From NCBI GenBank assembly GCA_032718475.1, contig JAUCBJ010007477.1, positions 62,001 to 126,000 of the forward strand: a stretch of DNA of 64,000 nucleotides, in the 5' to 3' direction. How positions within the stretch are numbered: the stretch's first letter is position 1; each line of letters begins with the position of its first letter. The notes below the pieces were generated by a model, which was given only the letters and a program-made list of their open reading frames with translations, was not told the origin of the DNA and ran no database searches. Source of the stretch: Nemertoderma westbladi (Eukaryota > Animalia > Xenacoelomorpha). Both the position numbers and the translations under genes were made by a program. Shown here one piece after another: positions 21,226 through 34,145 of this stretch.

Positions 21226-23099
21226 TTATCCAATCAAATGCATTGTTGACAATATCTGCAATTAGTAAATAGATCACAAGAGGGCGCTGTTGAGCAATTG
21301 TTGTATTCCAGTATATGAACAGCTAGATCGAATTTCTGATATGTAGGGTACACGGTAAGGACAGTACGGTTAACAGTATACAGTAGTTACACTGCAGTAC
21401 GTACAGCATCCGAAAATTTCATCTCGGAAATTGTTAACCTAATACGGAGGTGCCAACAAATTTCAGAAGATGAGACATTTTCAAACTTAAATATAATAGT
21501 ATTGTAGTAAATATATAAAGTATTGGCCACAATCATCTACAACACATAACCGAATGTAATTCTTCTGCCTTGTAATGGTATGTTACCAATGCAGCTGTTG
21601 TTGGTGTATTATTCACCTATTGGGCCATTGTATTTGCTAGTTCATGACAAATACATGGTGAAATTGGAAGTTCTAGAGAAACATCGACTTAATGAAATGG
21701 TGATAAAACATTTTGGTTTTATTTATAACTAATATAGTTATAATTAAAAAGGTTCCTATTTAAGAAAACATAATATTTGGGCCCATTAAACTTGAATAAA
21801 TTTAAATAAATATAATAATTGTCACATTACGAGCAAATTATCCTCGCAAAGCTTTACTTTTCCACAGCTTTTCTTTCTATTATGATATCATAATTAATAG
21901 TATCGGAAGGTATATACTTCATTGGGTATGGAAATTAGTCAATAATATGTGAAAGTTATTTACCTTTGTTTGTTACACATAAAATATCTGACAAGTGGGT
22001 GGTGAAAAAAACAGCCTTTATTGTGTCTAAAACATTTAAATACTTAATGTGTGCTGGTTATGATTAATTTTGAAAATTGAACTTTTAAATTGAATAATAT
22101 ATACTGAAGAAGGCATGGGTGGGATCCGAAACTTGTCATGCATGTTTCCCTTATCCATGTTACTACTCATGATTCATTTCAAGCACCCATCTTTTATCAG
22201 ACGCTTGCAGTGATGTTCTGAAGTATGGCGATTTTTGAAAGTTTCAATTTTCCAGATGATGGTATGGAAGTCTGACTTGCTGGTGGTACATGAAAATTGT
22301 ACCACAGAACCCACCTTTGGTATATCTAACTATTTACTAAATGTTTTGGGCTACCCACTAATCAGACCACTCTAACTCAAGCCTCAAAAATACAAAATTT
22401 GTCGAAAAGTCCAATCTTTGCCCATATAGAAAAGTTGGTCTGACAAGTGGGTGGTATTTATTCATGGTTTTAATGTGTATGAGACCTATTTATGTGTACA
22501 ATAAACATAAAATGACACTCCACCCACTATAGTCAGAAAGATTTCCTGTAGATTTCATTGGGGATATGTTCGAGTAAATCGCAAACTTTGAACTGCAATA
22601 TCTCGAAAACCAATACACCATCATCAGAAATATTTCATCAGGTGTCATTTTATACCATTTCCGACCATATATCCAAAAATAAACGAAATCGATGACCCCA
22701 TGCCACCGTGATTTATCGAATTTGGATGGAATTACCCCGTACTGTCCGTACCGTGTCCCTTCATATCAGAAATTCGATTTTGCTGATCGAATACTGGAAT
22801 ACAACAATTGCTCAACAGCGCCCTCTCGTGATCTATTTACTAATTGCAGATATTGTCAACAACGCATTTGATTGGACAAAACACTGCAAAAACATAGCTT
22901 ACTTTAAACTATGTTTAAACGACACTGTAAAAACATCGCTTACTTTAAACTATGTTTAAACGACACTGTCAAAAACATAGCTTACTTTAAACTATGTTTA
23001 AACGAAACTGTAAAAACATCGCTTACTTTAAACTATATTACTGCATAAACACATACTTCATTTTAAGCAATGTTGGAAGAGAACTGCAATTAAATAAAT

Positions 23100-23912
23100 G
23101 TGGCTGGCCACGAGAAAAGGGACCTTATGTCACCGGAGGTCGATTTTGAGTTATTAGGCCTATGAGATGCAGAATTTTCCAGAGATTTTAACAAAAAAAA
23201 CGGTGTCTCAATATCTATTTCCAAAAAAAAGTTATAGCGATATATGTGAAGGTGAATCGGGTAGCAAAAAAGATTTTATTAATAGCGGTTATAATAAGCG
23301 ATTATTAAAAAAAATGGAAAATATTAATAATATCATAGCGATTCTTACTATATAGTTAGGCAGCTCAATGTTATTCGGCTTTTTATACAACATTTAACAC
23401 TTTGAAACTATTAATATTGTTCATGAACTATTTTAAAAAAAAATTTTGCAAAATTTTTTTTTAATTTAAAATTTTTTCAAAAAGATAAATTTTTTTAACA
23501 AAATTTAAAATTATCTGTATTTTGAATTCTTTATTAGGATTATAAAATTTAAGAACTAACGAAGACAAAATTAAGAAAATGACAGCCATATCGCATTTAA
23601 AAAATAACTGTAGGCCTACAGTACCTACATATTACAGTAGTACAATTACAATTTATTACAGTCCTAAATTCAGACATGAAAACCCTAAGACAGTGTTATA
23701 TACAACACTGCAACATCTTATATTGCTTCCTGTAATTAGTTATTTCCTAGGTATCTTGAATATCAGAACCAATTTGAATTTCCCTCATCGTTTTATGCAT
23801 TTCTAAATTGATAATCCAATTAAATTTGTTCAAAAATAGAGGGAAACTTTAAACGCGATTATCTCAGAATCAGGTTTTGCGACATAAGGTCCCTTTTCTC
23901 GTGGCCAGCCAC
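23100..23912. mobile_element. MITE with 32-bp TIRs and AAAT TSD (Sola-like), nested in the foldback arm
   Basis: AAAT|GTGGCTGGCCACGAGAAAAGGGACCTTATGTC ... GACATAAGGTCCCTTTTCTCGTGGCCAGCCAC|AAAT. The superfamily call is tentative. Confidence 0.85.
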
Positions 23913-26900
23913 AAATACCTTATTTAAAGCGATTTATTACAGTCAATTACATAAACATAGCTTTCTTTTAAGCGATGTTTTAACAGAACTTGTAAAAAAT
24001 ATCTTAATTTTAAGCAATTTAATAAAGTCAACTACATAAACATAGCTTACTTTTAAGCAATGTTTTAACAGAACTTGTAAAAAATACCATACTTTTAAGC
24101 GATTTATTAAAGTCAACTACGTAAAACATAGCTTACTTTTAAGCGATGTATAAATTCAAATGCAATAAAATACCATACTTTTAAGCGATGCTTATAAATA
24201 TAAGCTAATGAAAAATGTAAGGTACACATTTGTAATTCTAAGGTATTTTGGCTCAAATTAGACGCCATATGCAAGTAGACGAATATGTGACTTGGAAAAT
24301 CTCATACCCGCGTCCCAACTAACCCCCGCCATCGTGTAATAGTTCGACACCTCAAGCGAATAATGTTTAGTACAATATGCACGAAAATTTTCAAAAATAT
24401 CGGCTAGCAGCAACACGTCAAGATGTAAGTAAGCTTCCAAATAATCAAAAAGTGTCTTACATTGAAATTGCTCCCACGAAAGATGTGCAAATGTATATTC
24501 TTCAGGGCTAATAGATGATAATGTTAATTCACTGCAAAACTCTTTTGGATGCGGTAATTTAGTATCCCCCAATTTACTTAAGGAATCGACATATTCGTAA
24601 GGAAAAACTGACTTATGGCGTAAAATTTCGTCGGTAACATTTGGATATAATTTTCTCATTTGCTTCACGGTGTGTGGAATAATGGTTGTTAAATCTGACA
24701 CATCTTTTGTCAAAAACCCAGCCAAAGCAGAAAGGGAAAATCCCATAAACGCGAATGAATCAATAAACTGTATAGTTATTGATTTGCTGGTTGGGAGCCC
24801 TCTTACGTCCTTTTCTGGAATAGCATAACCAAGCACGCTAAGTGCTTCTGACGTTGGAATATCGATGCGGAGTGAGATATATCTTTCAGTATTTTTTGCA
24901 ATGGTTTCAATGTTCCAATTTTTATATTTACTACCAGCAAACCCTTTTTGTAAAATTAAATGTGAATCATAAAAAAAAAAAATTATGACAGACAACTGGG
25001 AATAGGTGACATTTAACGCTTAATTGTTTATTACAGGAAATACACGCCGCACCAATGAAAGCCCCGTTGTAATGGTTGTGATGCATCACACTTGGATTTA
25101 TATCTTTCCGAAAAAATGATTTACAATTAAAGCAATTTGTGGTACGCATATAAGCTTGGTATTGTGTGTGATCCAGGTGTTTGGGGTGGTGTGTGTTAAA
25201 GGTAGACCATTCATAACACTTAAATAAATCAAAAACCAGACTATCGATAAAATTCTGTACCGAGTTATTATCGATATTTTGTCTAAATGTAGACAAAAAA
25301 TAATTTGGGGGGTTAATTAATTCACCGTTGGAGACAATCAAATATGAAACAGCCGACGGGAGATGTTCGGCTATATAATATTTTTTTACATTATTTGTTG
25401 GGGCTAGTACCACTTCGAAATCCATATATACTATGAAAGGTGTGCTCACAGACTTATAGTAATTAGTAAAGCGTAAATTCAGTTTAGATGGCATCTCCTC
25501 TATTTGGCGCCCGTCTTGCCAACACCCTAATCTATGGCGTTCTAACGCATTTGGACTGTAGAAACCGCGAATACACCACTCACAACGATGACAATGATAC
25601 TCGCTATTGCCTTCCCCACGACCATTAAATAATCTATTTAAGTTAGAAACCCCGACGATGTGATTTGTTGAGGTTAAATTTTGACGTTCAATAAGCAATA
25701 AATTTAGCAATCTTTTGCCTTCAGCTTTTTTAGCGCTTGGTTGCCGTAGAAAGGAAATTTTTTCACTACTTCTATCAAAATACAATAAATTTATTAAATA
25801 ATTTGGATTATTTTTTTCAAACTTTAGAATATTTAGTTTCCATGATAGGGTAGAGTCTAATTCGCTTAAATTAAAAAACCCTAAATACTGATTATAAGAA
25901 CTTTGGCGTGAAACATGGCGCAGTGTGTGATCATCCGATATATGTTTTGAAAATTTTGCTGTCAGGACCGCCCACTTAAAACATTCACCTTCATTACACG
26001 GTACATTTATTATACAATGTTTATTTTTTAATTTTGTTGGGATTGATTGGTTGGCATCACCGCTATGTCCGAAACGATATACCGATCGCAAGTATGACGC
26101 AATAGTAAGTTTGATGCGCGATAGAGTTACAAGTTTCCAGCCGCTACCCCGCCTAATAAATTGCGATATTTTTTCACCGATATGGGAAATGACTGTGTAG
26201 TACCATTCGTCAGAATCCGAGCTATTTTCAATATAATTATCTGTACCGATCGAAGTAAAATGGAATTCTTCTTGTAGAGTATAATTAGCATCATCGCGTT
26301 CCATTATCACCGAAGCAATTAACCACACTTTATAAAACATATCAATAAAAGCCGATGCCGCCGTGTTAAAAGCGCGTGAAGCATATAACCCCATATAATT
26401 TAAATAATTCGGCACATCTGGATACATCTCATTAGATGACACATTATGGGTATATTCCTGAACGCGTGATTCGTGGCATGTTTTTGATAGATGAAAACCT
26501 TCGTTCGGTGTATCTGAGCTGTTTGTAATGCTTACAGGCGAACCAACGTTGAGATCCGGTTGAAATGTCGGTTCTGATTGTTTTTGGTTATGTTTGCGTT
26601 TGCGGGAATTGTAATGGTTTTGATGGCAACTATGTTCGATATATGAATCGAAGTTTTCAAAATCATCAGAGCATGTCGGGCAGGATAGCGTGTAACCGCA
26701 GTAGGTGTAATTCGGACGAGACAACCCGCAACATCTATTACTGTGAAATATTGCTATTCTTTCGAGTACAGTAGTTCGGCAATTACAATTATCGCAAACA
26801 TACCCATCGAAATGTGTGCGTAAATGCCGTAAATAATTTTTCTTAAGTATAGTACAACCGCAAAAAACGCAATTAATCTCCATCATTATAATTATTATTA

Positions 26901-27179
26901 TTACGATTATAATATATTTATTAACGTAGGTACAGAAAACATATTTACAATATGCCGATGAAAGAGATGCGGCAGATTTTATGTAGATAAATATATCCAA
27001 TACCCAGTCAACCAGCCACCCACGCTAGAAACCGTTTAACCAACCAAAATTTACTGAACTGACATTATCCTATTTATATGCTCTATTAACTATGTTGTAT
27101 AATCGCGTGTAAGAGTATTGAAATAGTATTGACATGTGTCACCACCCGAGTTTGGTGTTATGCGTTTAATGTCACATAT

Positions 27180-27812
27180 TTAATATGCGCGGTAAAATGC
27201 CGAATTAATCTCTTCCCCATACGGCGTTAAATTCGTCGGTAAAACCCCAAAATAATCATCCGAATAAATATTAGAAACGTAGAGTATTGCCGCATTACAT
27301 TGTTGGCATATAAGCTGGCATATTTTATCGCCCGATGTTACAACGTATTCCTTAGATGTGTTGTTAATCAATATAATTACAAGTTGATCTATATTACCGC
27401 GCGCGACGCTGGAATCGACCGCACATTCTGCAACATCAATGCCAATTTTTGCCAAGCTAAAAGTCGGTGTAATTCTTCCAAAATAATTGGCGGGTAAATA
27501 TATTTTAACACCCGTCTCAATTAACATTCGTGAGTGCGGCTCTATTGTTCTATTCACGGCGCTATATATGTCAATCCCAGCTGGACTATATGAACCGCAT
27601 ACAGGCGCCCGAGCTGCTGGGCTTAACAATTCAATTTTAATTGGAATAATTGAATTAGGACCGCGGTAACTATTTTCAGCTTGTATTATTGGAAACATTT
27701 TTTCATTACGACGTATTTTACCTAAAAAAATACCAAAAAGAAAGGTAACAATGAAAAATATATTTGAAAAAATAATCTTATCTATAGACTCAAGCTGCCC
27801 TAGTATTGCCAT
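27180..27812 (-). CDS. dUTPase-like protein (trimeric family, degenerate motifs)
   Basis: AGIDIYS (motif 1), FGRITPTFSLA (altered motif 2), AVDS (altered motif 3), GDKICQLI (motif 4). No clear Gly-rich motif 5. Hydrophobic N-terminal segment. Confidence 0.8.
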   Translation of the reverse strand: MAILGQLESIDKIIFSNIFFIVTFLFGIFLGKIRRNEKMFPIIQAENSYRGPNSIIPIKIELLSPAARAPVCGSYSPAGIDIYSAVNRTIEPHSRMLIETGVKIYLPANYFGRITPTFSLAKIGIDVAECAVDSSVARGNIDQLVIILINNTSKEYVVTSGDKICQLICQQCNAAILYVSNIYSDDYFGVLPTNLTPYGEEINSAFYRAY

Positions 27813-28406
27813 GTCGCTTAATCAATAATATTTTGACCAATGGGTATATTTATAATGGGTGTGTCTTTAAAATGTCGTTCGCGCGCCGCAATCGTTCGTT
27901 TTTAGTAAAAATGATTACAGAAAAATATCTATCGGGAGAGAAAAGTTTGCGATGCCAACATTAAATTAAATTCGCTCATGCTTAAAATTATGAAACTTCT
28001 AAGAAGCTACACAGTTAATACAGTTGACGTCAATCAATTTAACCGTGAGTAATATTCTGCGGAATTTCTGGGGTGTGTCTTATAAAAATTTATATAGACC
28101 GCATTAATCGCCACCGCAAGCTGTTACCACTTACGTCAACCAATTTAAGCGTAAATAAATATTTCCCTCGAAATTTGTAGGAAGTTTTTCAAAAAAATTC
28201 TCTCAGGACAATAGCGATTAATCCGGTTGAATGGTTAAAATATACCCGTTTTCCCGATAGCCCATCATTATATTATAAATACGTCGTAAATATACTTTAT
28301 TTCGTCATTCGGGTTAATTCATTCATTATCATATTTTTCGCACATTGTATAGCGTGATATTATTGTATTTTTATTTTTACACTTAATTATTAATATTTCG
28401 CAAAAT

Positions 28407-29729
28407 TTGTTGATGGAATCTGTGAAACCATCACAACCAAAAATGATGTCATTAAGCGGTAGCTCTACTGATAGCGCGCCCGCCCCATACGTATCGGTGA
28501 TTACAGGTAAGAGTGTGTGGGGCCTCGAGTGTTTGGGGGAAGGAATAGAAATAAAAGCATTTAACGGGAAATACGTTCGATTCAACCGTTGGGGTGATAC
28601 CAAAGGACGCAACATCGTGCAAGAATCGGTAAGTCTTACTTACCAGAACATAAGATTCCTGTTTGACTTCCTCAATTATAATAAAATAGCCGTTGAATAT
28701 TACAAGGAATACACATACAATACACAATACAGGAATACACAATACAATTTGCTTATAACACCGATAAATCATGCGTACTTACGCATTGGGAAAAACGGCG
28801 CATCAATTTTTATCTCGCGAAAAATTCTAGATGTCTTACAAAGCATCTACGGCAAAGTCGTTCTTTCCCGTATTGAACCAAAAAAGAAGGAAATTCATGA
28901 TGAGAATTTTATGGAGTTCGAAGATTGTGGGTACATTGGATATATCTACGACTTTGAAGGGCAACGATTTGTCGGCGTTTGGGAAGCGGATGATATAGGT
29001 AGACAGCGGAAGGGTGTTCTATATTACGATGGGTTGAATCTCAGAGCGGATGAATTCTGTTTGCTCGACTTTAACATAGATAAGAATGTTAACGAGAATA
29101 TCGATGAGGTTAGTATGAGGTACACATCAACCGTTAACAAAAACGGGATATATTTGTCCCACAACTTCGACACCAAGGTTATTTTCATCCCTCGAAACAA
29201 CACAAATGTCAAGATAATTAAGCAATTACAGAAGTACGCGGACCACGATATTCCGTCTGGGTGTGAGTTTCTACCGATTAAAAAGTTAGTTGTTGAGGCT
29301 GCGATTGATGAATTAGTGGACGAGGAACTAATGAAAGTGGTAATGCCGAACAACGCTAGTCAGCTGAAGACGTCCGAAGCAGTAAAAGTCGCTGCTAAGA
29401 AAATGGATGAGAAAAAAATCTGGTTGCCTGCGATTGCAGAAAATGAACGGGTAGACGGCGCTGAAAAAAAGAATGATTATAAGGATATTGATACCCTCGT
29501 TGGGGGTGTGAGCGCTCAGATGAAGATGAAAACACCTAAAGCCATGAAAGAACAAGCGCTTAAGCGAAAAATTGATCTCATCGTGAATAAAACACCTAGC
29601 TATGAGTATGAAGATATCAGCGACTTCGAAGAGGACATCGTCAATGATACGGATGATGGTGAAGACATTTTCAATGAAATCGAGACTAATGGGCAACCTC
29701 AAATAAAGAAGAATAAACATTCAGTGTGA
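28407..29729 (+). CDS. PC4-like repeat protein with acidic/basic tail
   Basis: IKAFNGKYVRF..SVSLTYQN and IYDFEGQRFVGVW..DGLNLRADEF. Homologous to 12166-13176. Acidic tail followed by KKNK. Confidence 0.55.
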   Translation: MLMESVKPSQPKMMSLSGSSTDSAPAPYVSVITGKSVWGLECLGEGIEIKAFNGKYVRFNRWGDTKGRNIVQESVSLTYQNIRFLFDFLNYNKIAVEYYKEYTYNTQYRNTQYNLLITPINHAYLRIGKNGASIFISRKILDVLQSIYGKVVLSRIEPKKKEIHDENFMEFEDCGYIGYIYDFEGQRFVGVWEADDIGRQRKGVLYYDGLNLRADEFCLLDFNIDKNVNENIDEVSMRYTSTVNKNGIYLSHNFDTKVIFIPRNNTNVKIIKQLQKYADHDIPSGCEFLPIKKLVVEAAIDELVDEELMKVVMPNNASQLKTSEAVKVAAKKMDEKKIWLPAIAENERVDGAEKKNDYKDIDTLVGGVSAQMKMKTPKAMKEQALKRKIDLIVNKTPSYEYEDISDFEEDIVNDTDDGEDIFNEIETNGQPQIKKNKHSV

Positions 29730-29928
29730 ATCTTCGAGCGGTAGAAACTTTATTATATAAATAGACCATGTTTCTGGTTGGTGTCATGGTAACGGTTAAA
29801 TTATTATTTGTGGGTTTAATGAATTATCGATTGAAATAAAAATGTTATATAGATTTAGTTATTTATTTATTATACATGCATTTACCGGTATTTATTATTA
29901 TTATTATTATACATATTATTTATTATAC

Positions 29929-30370
29929 ATGGATGTGGTTAGAGAAGATGAGATTGCAGAGGATGAGATTGTGGAGGATGATGAGAGTATCGAGGATGAT
30001 GAGATTGTGGAGGATGGAGATGATAATGAGAACGAAATGATACTGGTAGCAATGTATGTTGACAGAAAAAGAAGAAGCGCGAGTGCAGAGATTGTTAGAG
30101 CCTAGGAATGCGTGGGAGGTGATAGAAAAAAAGTATTATATGGAGGAAGAGGCGAAGAAAAACAAGAGTGTGTGGGGGGAAGATTGGGAGTTGGAGATGG
30201 CGGCTGAGGGGGATAGGAGAGCAAAGGAGGCTGAGAGGTGCGCGCGGGAGAAGGCAATGGAAGAAAGGATTGAGATGTTGATGGGAATGTTAGAGATGTT
30301 AGGCGGTGGCGGAGGTAATGGCAATAATGTGGTGGATGTAGATAGCGAGGATAGTGGGATAAATGGGTGA
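29929..30370 (+). pseudogene. Acidic WGEDW-family protein, copy 1 (frameshift about 30060)
   Basis: D/E-rich N-terminus, then RL..PRN.WE.IEK.YY.EEEA....WGEDW.LEM. Confidence 0.7.
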
Positions 30371-30693
30371 GGTGGTGGAAGAAATTTTAAAATAGTAATG
30401 GTGATGGATTTAAGTATAATAATCAAATTTGTTGGTATAATGATAATATTATAAATACAATAACCTTACTTCGCCGTAGCTCGCCCCACAACTCATTAAT
30501 GGCGCCCATATGCTAAGGCTTCACTCGCTTCATGGCTCGCCCCATTTTTTCAATGTTGGAAAGGAATGAAGGGGATGTTGGGTGATGGTGGTAGTGGTAA
30601 TGATGTTGTGGATGAGGAAGAAGATTGGGTAGATTATATACCACCACCACCTACCGAAAATTAATGTAAGTAATAATTTCAAGGAACAAGGAA

Positions 30694-31130
30694 CTAATGA
30701 AAGTGGAAATGCCGAACAACGCTAGTCAGCTGAAGACGTACGAAGCAGTAAAAGTCACTGCTAAGAAGATGGATGAGAAAAAAATCTGGTTGCCCACGAT
30801 TGCAGAAAATGAACGGGTAGACGGCGCTGAAAAAAAGAATGATTATAAGGATATTGATACCCTCGTTGGGGGTGTGAGCGCTCAGATGAAGATGAAAATA
30901 CCTAAAGCCATGAAAGAACAAGCGCTTAGGCGAAAAATTGATCTCATCGTGAATAAAACACCTAGCTATGCGTATGAAGATAACTTTGAAGAGGACATCG
31001 TCAATGATACGGATGATGGTGAAGACATTTTCAATGAAATCGAGACTAATGGGCAACCTCAAATAAAGAAGAATAAACATTCAGTGTGAATCTTCGAGCG
31101 GTAGAAACTTTATTATATAAATAGACCATG
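30694..31130 (+). pseudogene. Duplicate of the 3' end of 28407-29729
   Basis: Nearly identical last ~130 aa and downstream UTR. Confidence 0.9.
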
Positions 31131-31313
31131 TTCGTAGGCAGTGTTGCTGCAACGAGCCGGACATGGTTAAATTATTATTATTATTTTGTGGTGGTAAATT
31201 ATTTGTTGGTATAATGAATTATCGATTGAAATAAATATTATATAAATTTATTTGTTTATAGTATTATACATTATTATTATTATTATATACACATTTATTT
31301 ATTATACGTGAAT

Positions 31314-31764
31314 ATGTTGGGAGAAAATGAGCTTGTGGTGGATGAAGTGGATATGGATATGGAGGAAGAGGAGGAAGATGAGGATGTAGCGAAGGAGAAC
31401 GAAGAGATATTGGTAGCGATGAATGATGAGGGAGAGAGAAGAAGCGTGGCTAGAAAGATTGATAAATCCAAGGAATGAGCTGGAGGAGATAGAAAAAAAA
31501 CATTATTTGGAGGAAGAGGCGAGGAAGGACAGCGCGTGGGGAGAAGATTGGACATTAGAAATGGAGGCGGAGGGGGACAGGAGAGCGCAGGAGGCGGAGA
31601 GATGTGCGCGGGAGAAAGCAATGGAGGAGAGAATCAATATGTTGGAAGGAATGATGGGGATGTTGGGTGATGGTGGTGGTGGTAATGATGTTGAGGATGA
31701 GGAAGAAGATTGGGCAGATGGTGATAGCGGGATAAGCGGGTGGGGTGGCGGGAGAAATTTTTAA
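31314..31764 (+). pseudogene. Acidic WGEDW-family protein, copy 2 (frameshift about 31425)
   Basis: Matches the intact copy 56263-56703; AWGEDW, DWADG and GWGG motifs. Confidence 0.75.
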
Positions 31765-32049
31765 ATAAAGCGGTGCCGGATTTAAGTAAATGATCAAATT
31801 AAAATAACCTTACTTCGATGCTATCACTCACTTCATGGCTCGCCCCATAGGTAGAATAATCAAATTAAAATAATATTATAAATACTATAACCTTATACTC
31901 ACTTCGCGGCTCGCCCCACAACTTGTTGCGTAGTGATAAGTATAAATACAATAACCTTACTTCGATGCTATCACTCACTTCATGGCTCGCCCCATAGGTA
32001 GAATAATCAAATTAAAATAATATTATAAATACCTTATTCTCACTTCGCG

Positions 32050-32560
32050 GCTCGCCCCCACAACTTATTGCTTGACAATATTGGTAGCCACCGTTAGTCT
32101 GTGTTTATTCACCTTTTTTAGTTGTTGCGTCTGTAATAGTCTATCATGTTAAAGACTTTTATAACAAACGTCTGCAACCCACTTACTATATTGGGTTTTA
32201 CCTATTGCGGTTCAAGGTCAAACGCCAACCGGTAGACACGAATTAATTAAATTACTTCCGTCTGCGAACTGGCCTTATACCGCATATGTCACATATACAC
32301 AGTGGTGACATATGTTACATATGCACAATGGTAACCATGGTAACCATAGTAAGTGGGTGGGGCAACAATGGTAATCATAGTAAGTAGGCGGGGCAAGAAT
32401 GGTAACCATGGTAACCATAGTAAGTGGGTGGGGCAACAATGGTAATTATAGTAAGTAGGCGGGGCAAGAGCCGTTCGGCAAATTCTTTAACATGGTAGAC
32501 TATGGCAGACACTGTCTTATTCCAGGTGTTTACCATACTACTCACTGTGGAATAATGCAA
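32050..32560. repeat. Dispersed non-coding block (inverted copies at 34310-34560, 41055-41310, 55715-56030)
   Basis: Shared TGCAACCCACTTACTATATTGGGTT, GCGGTTCAAGGTCAAAC and CATGGTAGACTATGGCAGAC. Internal 71-bp tandem duplication at 32327-32470. Confidence 0.85.
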
Positions 32561-32915
32561 GAATAAATACATAGAGTAATAAAAGCATGCAAAATGTTGA
32601 CTTATATATACAGTAAGTATTTAGCCTAACAATAACACTTTAACACTTTTCAAATAATATATAGGGAGGGTTTCATAAATTGATAAAATATTACGTGGTG
32701 TTCGAAAAAGTTCCATGATACTCAGCAACAAGCTACCCTTAGCAGAGTAAAAGAGTAAAATGTTCATTAGGGCAACTGTGAATAGGGATAACATATCCCA
32801 TATAACATCAAACTAGATAAACAGATAAAATTGTTTTTTTTAGTTTTAAATGTTGGGGGTAATGGTCCCCTTAAATGAACAGTTTTATTGCTTTATAACA
32901 AGTCCATTAACTATA

Positions 32916-33167
32916 TACTACTACTACAATCGGTGTGCTGCATTGCAGCTGCATATTATGTATTTTTTTACATATATATTAAGATGTTGTGCCGGCTTGT
33001 CGACAAATTTGCACCGCCACAACTCCCTATCGACCATGACATTTGTTAGATCATCTGCATCTTTAAGGTCAGTGTCCTTTAAGATGTGTCTCAAGAAAGT
33101 CATGGGAAGGTTCACCATGCTTATTCACTCCATAAGGCCACCAAAGCAAAGCAACAGCAAAGCGCAG
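32916..33167 (-). mobile_element. RTE-like LINE 3' fragment, second copy
   Basis: PMTFLRHILKDTDLKDADDL..DRELWR followed by a (TAG)n tail. Confidence 0.85.
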
Positions 33168-33755
33168 CTGGATTCCTCAGAGAATGGGGGGTTGAGGTAA
33201 AGGTGTTCTCCATACCAGCTGGTGGGGTTATATAGATGCTCCACCTGCTCATAGACCTCGAGAGAGGCTGCATAGATTTCCTCCATCCACGCCTTATCTC
33301 CTCAGATTCGTCCCTCCAATAGTGGAGGTATGGGGTCACTGGTTCCAGCCTGATTTCTTCACTCTGGGTACTGAGGGGTGTGGTTAGATCAATGATGGTA
33401 GGATCGGTTGAGGTGAAGACTAGTGTGGTGGTTGGGGAGATGAGTGTGGTGTCAATGCTGATGGTGTGAGCGGTTGAGGTGGAGGCTGGTGTGATGGTTG
33501 GGGAACGAGTGTGGTGTCAATGCTGATGGTGGGAGCAGTAGTGTAGAGTGTAGTAGCCGGCTTTGTGACAGTTGGACTACACTGACACCACACCCATTGG
33601 GTGTCATATGACACCCAATTGTCACCCAATGGGTGTCATTGGTGCCAGAATGCATATAATTAATTCCTGTTCAATCTGCATATTGCTTTAACCTACTTTT
33701 GTATACTATAACATTAATTTATTATATCATATTATTTAAGGAATGTCAATATTAA

Positions 33756-34145
33756 TTATAACTCACACCATGGTTCCTCCCTAAAATTTTTGGGGGTCTC
33801 CCAGTTATCCTGAGGGAATGGATTTTTATTGCGGTTCTCCTTGGCCACCGCTTTCTCAACTTCCCGATATTCTTGATAAAAATATTGGTAGTACCAATTG
33901 GAGGAGGTCCGGAGGCGCTCCAACCTCTCCTCCTCCAATGCCCGAATCTCGAGCTACCACTCAAACATCTCGTTGTCCCACCCCATTTCCTCCTCCTGTT
34001 CTTTAATGAATTGAAGGTAGAGAGTGACCACTTCCGGTCTACTTTCCACGGTCTGAGTACTGACGCTTGTGGATGTGGTGGTGTTGGGCGCGGCTGACTG
34101 ACTGTTGGTGATGGACGCCGTTGAGGTTAAAATGATGGTGGCCAT
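33756..34145 (-). pseudogene. Ser/Thr-rich, acidic Trp-motif protein with one in-frame stop
   Basis: ORFs 33954-34145 and 33756-33938 are in frame. Motifs EEMGWDNEMFEW, DNWE and EEPW. A related remnant lies at 33170-33650 (VTPYLHYWRDESEE). Confidence 0.55.

Larger units (their letters stand above)
20713..24269. mobile_element. Foldback-type non-autonomous DNA transposon with ~650-bp TIRs
   Basis: Termini TATGGCGTCT..AGACGCCATA flanked by the direct repeat TGCAAG. The empty site GGTCTGCAAGTAGACG is visible at 49837-49852. The arms contain 41-bp tandem repeats. Confidence 0.9.
19264..26886 (-). pseudogene. Protein-primed DNA polymerase B, lineage C (frameshifted, motif B deleted, 3.5-kb insertion)
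   Basis: RRGSGW, CFKWAV, YMDFE, YLHLD, DFNSLY, GDTDS and AAKG. Frameshift at the poly-A run near 24975. The KLxxNS motif is missing at about 20100. Confidence 0.93.

Noticed and set aside
22030-22737. Additional nested DNA transposon ending GGAATTACCC
   Set aside because: Only one plausible terminus was found, with no partner end or TSD.
22708-23806. Short ORFs within the foldback and MITE elements
   Set aside because: They arise from repeat sequence and show no transposase motifs.
29024-31797. Antisense ORFs (e.g. 29328-29720, 30136-30426, 31295-31621) and similar shadows elsewhere
   Set aside because: They are mirror frames of real purine-rich genes, with no independent motifs.
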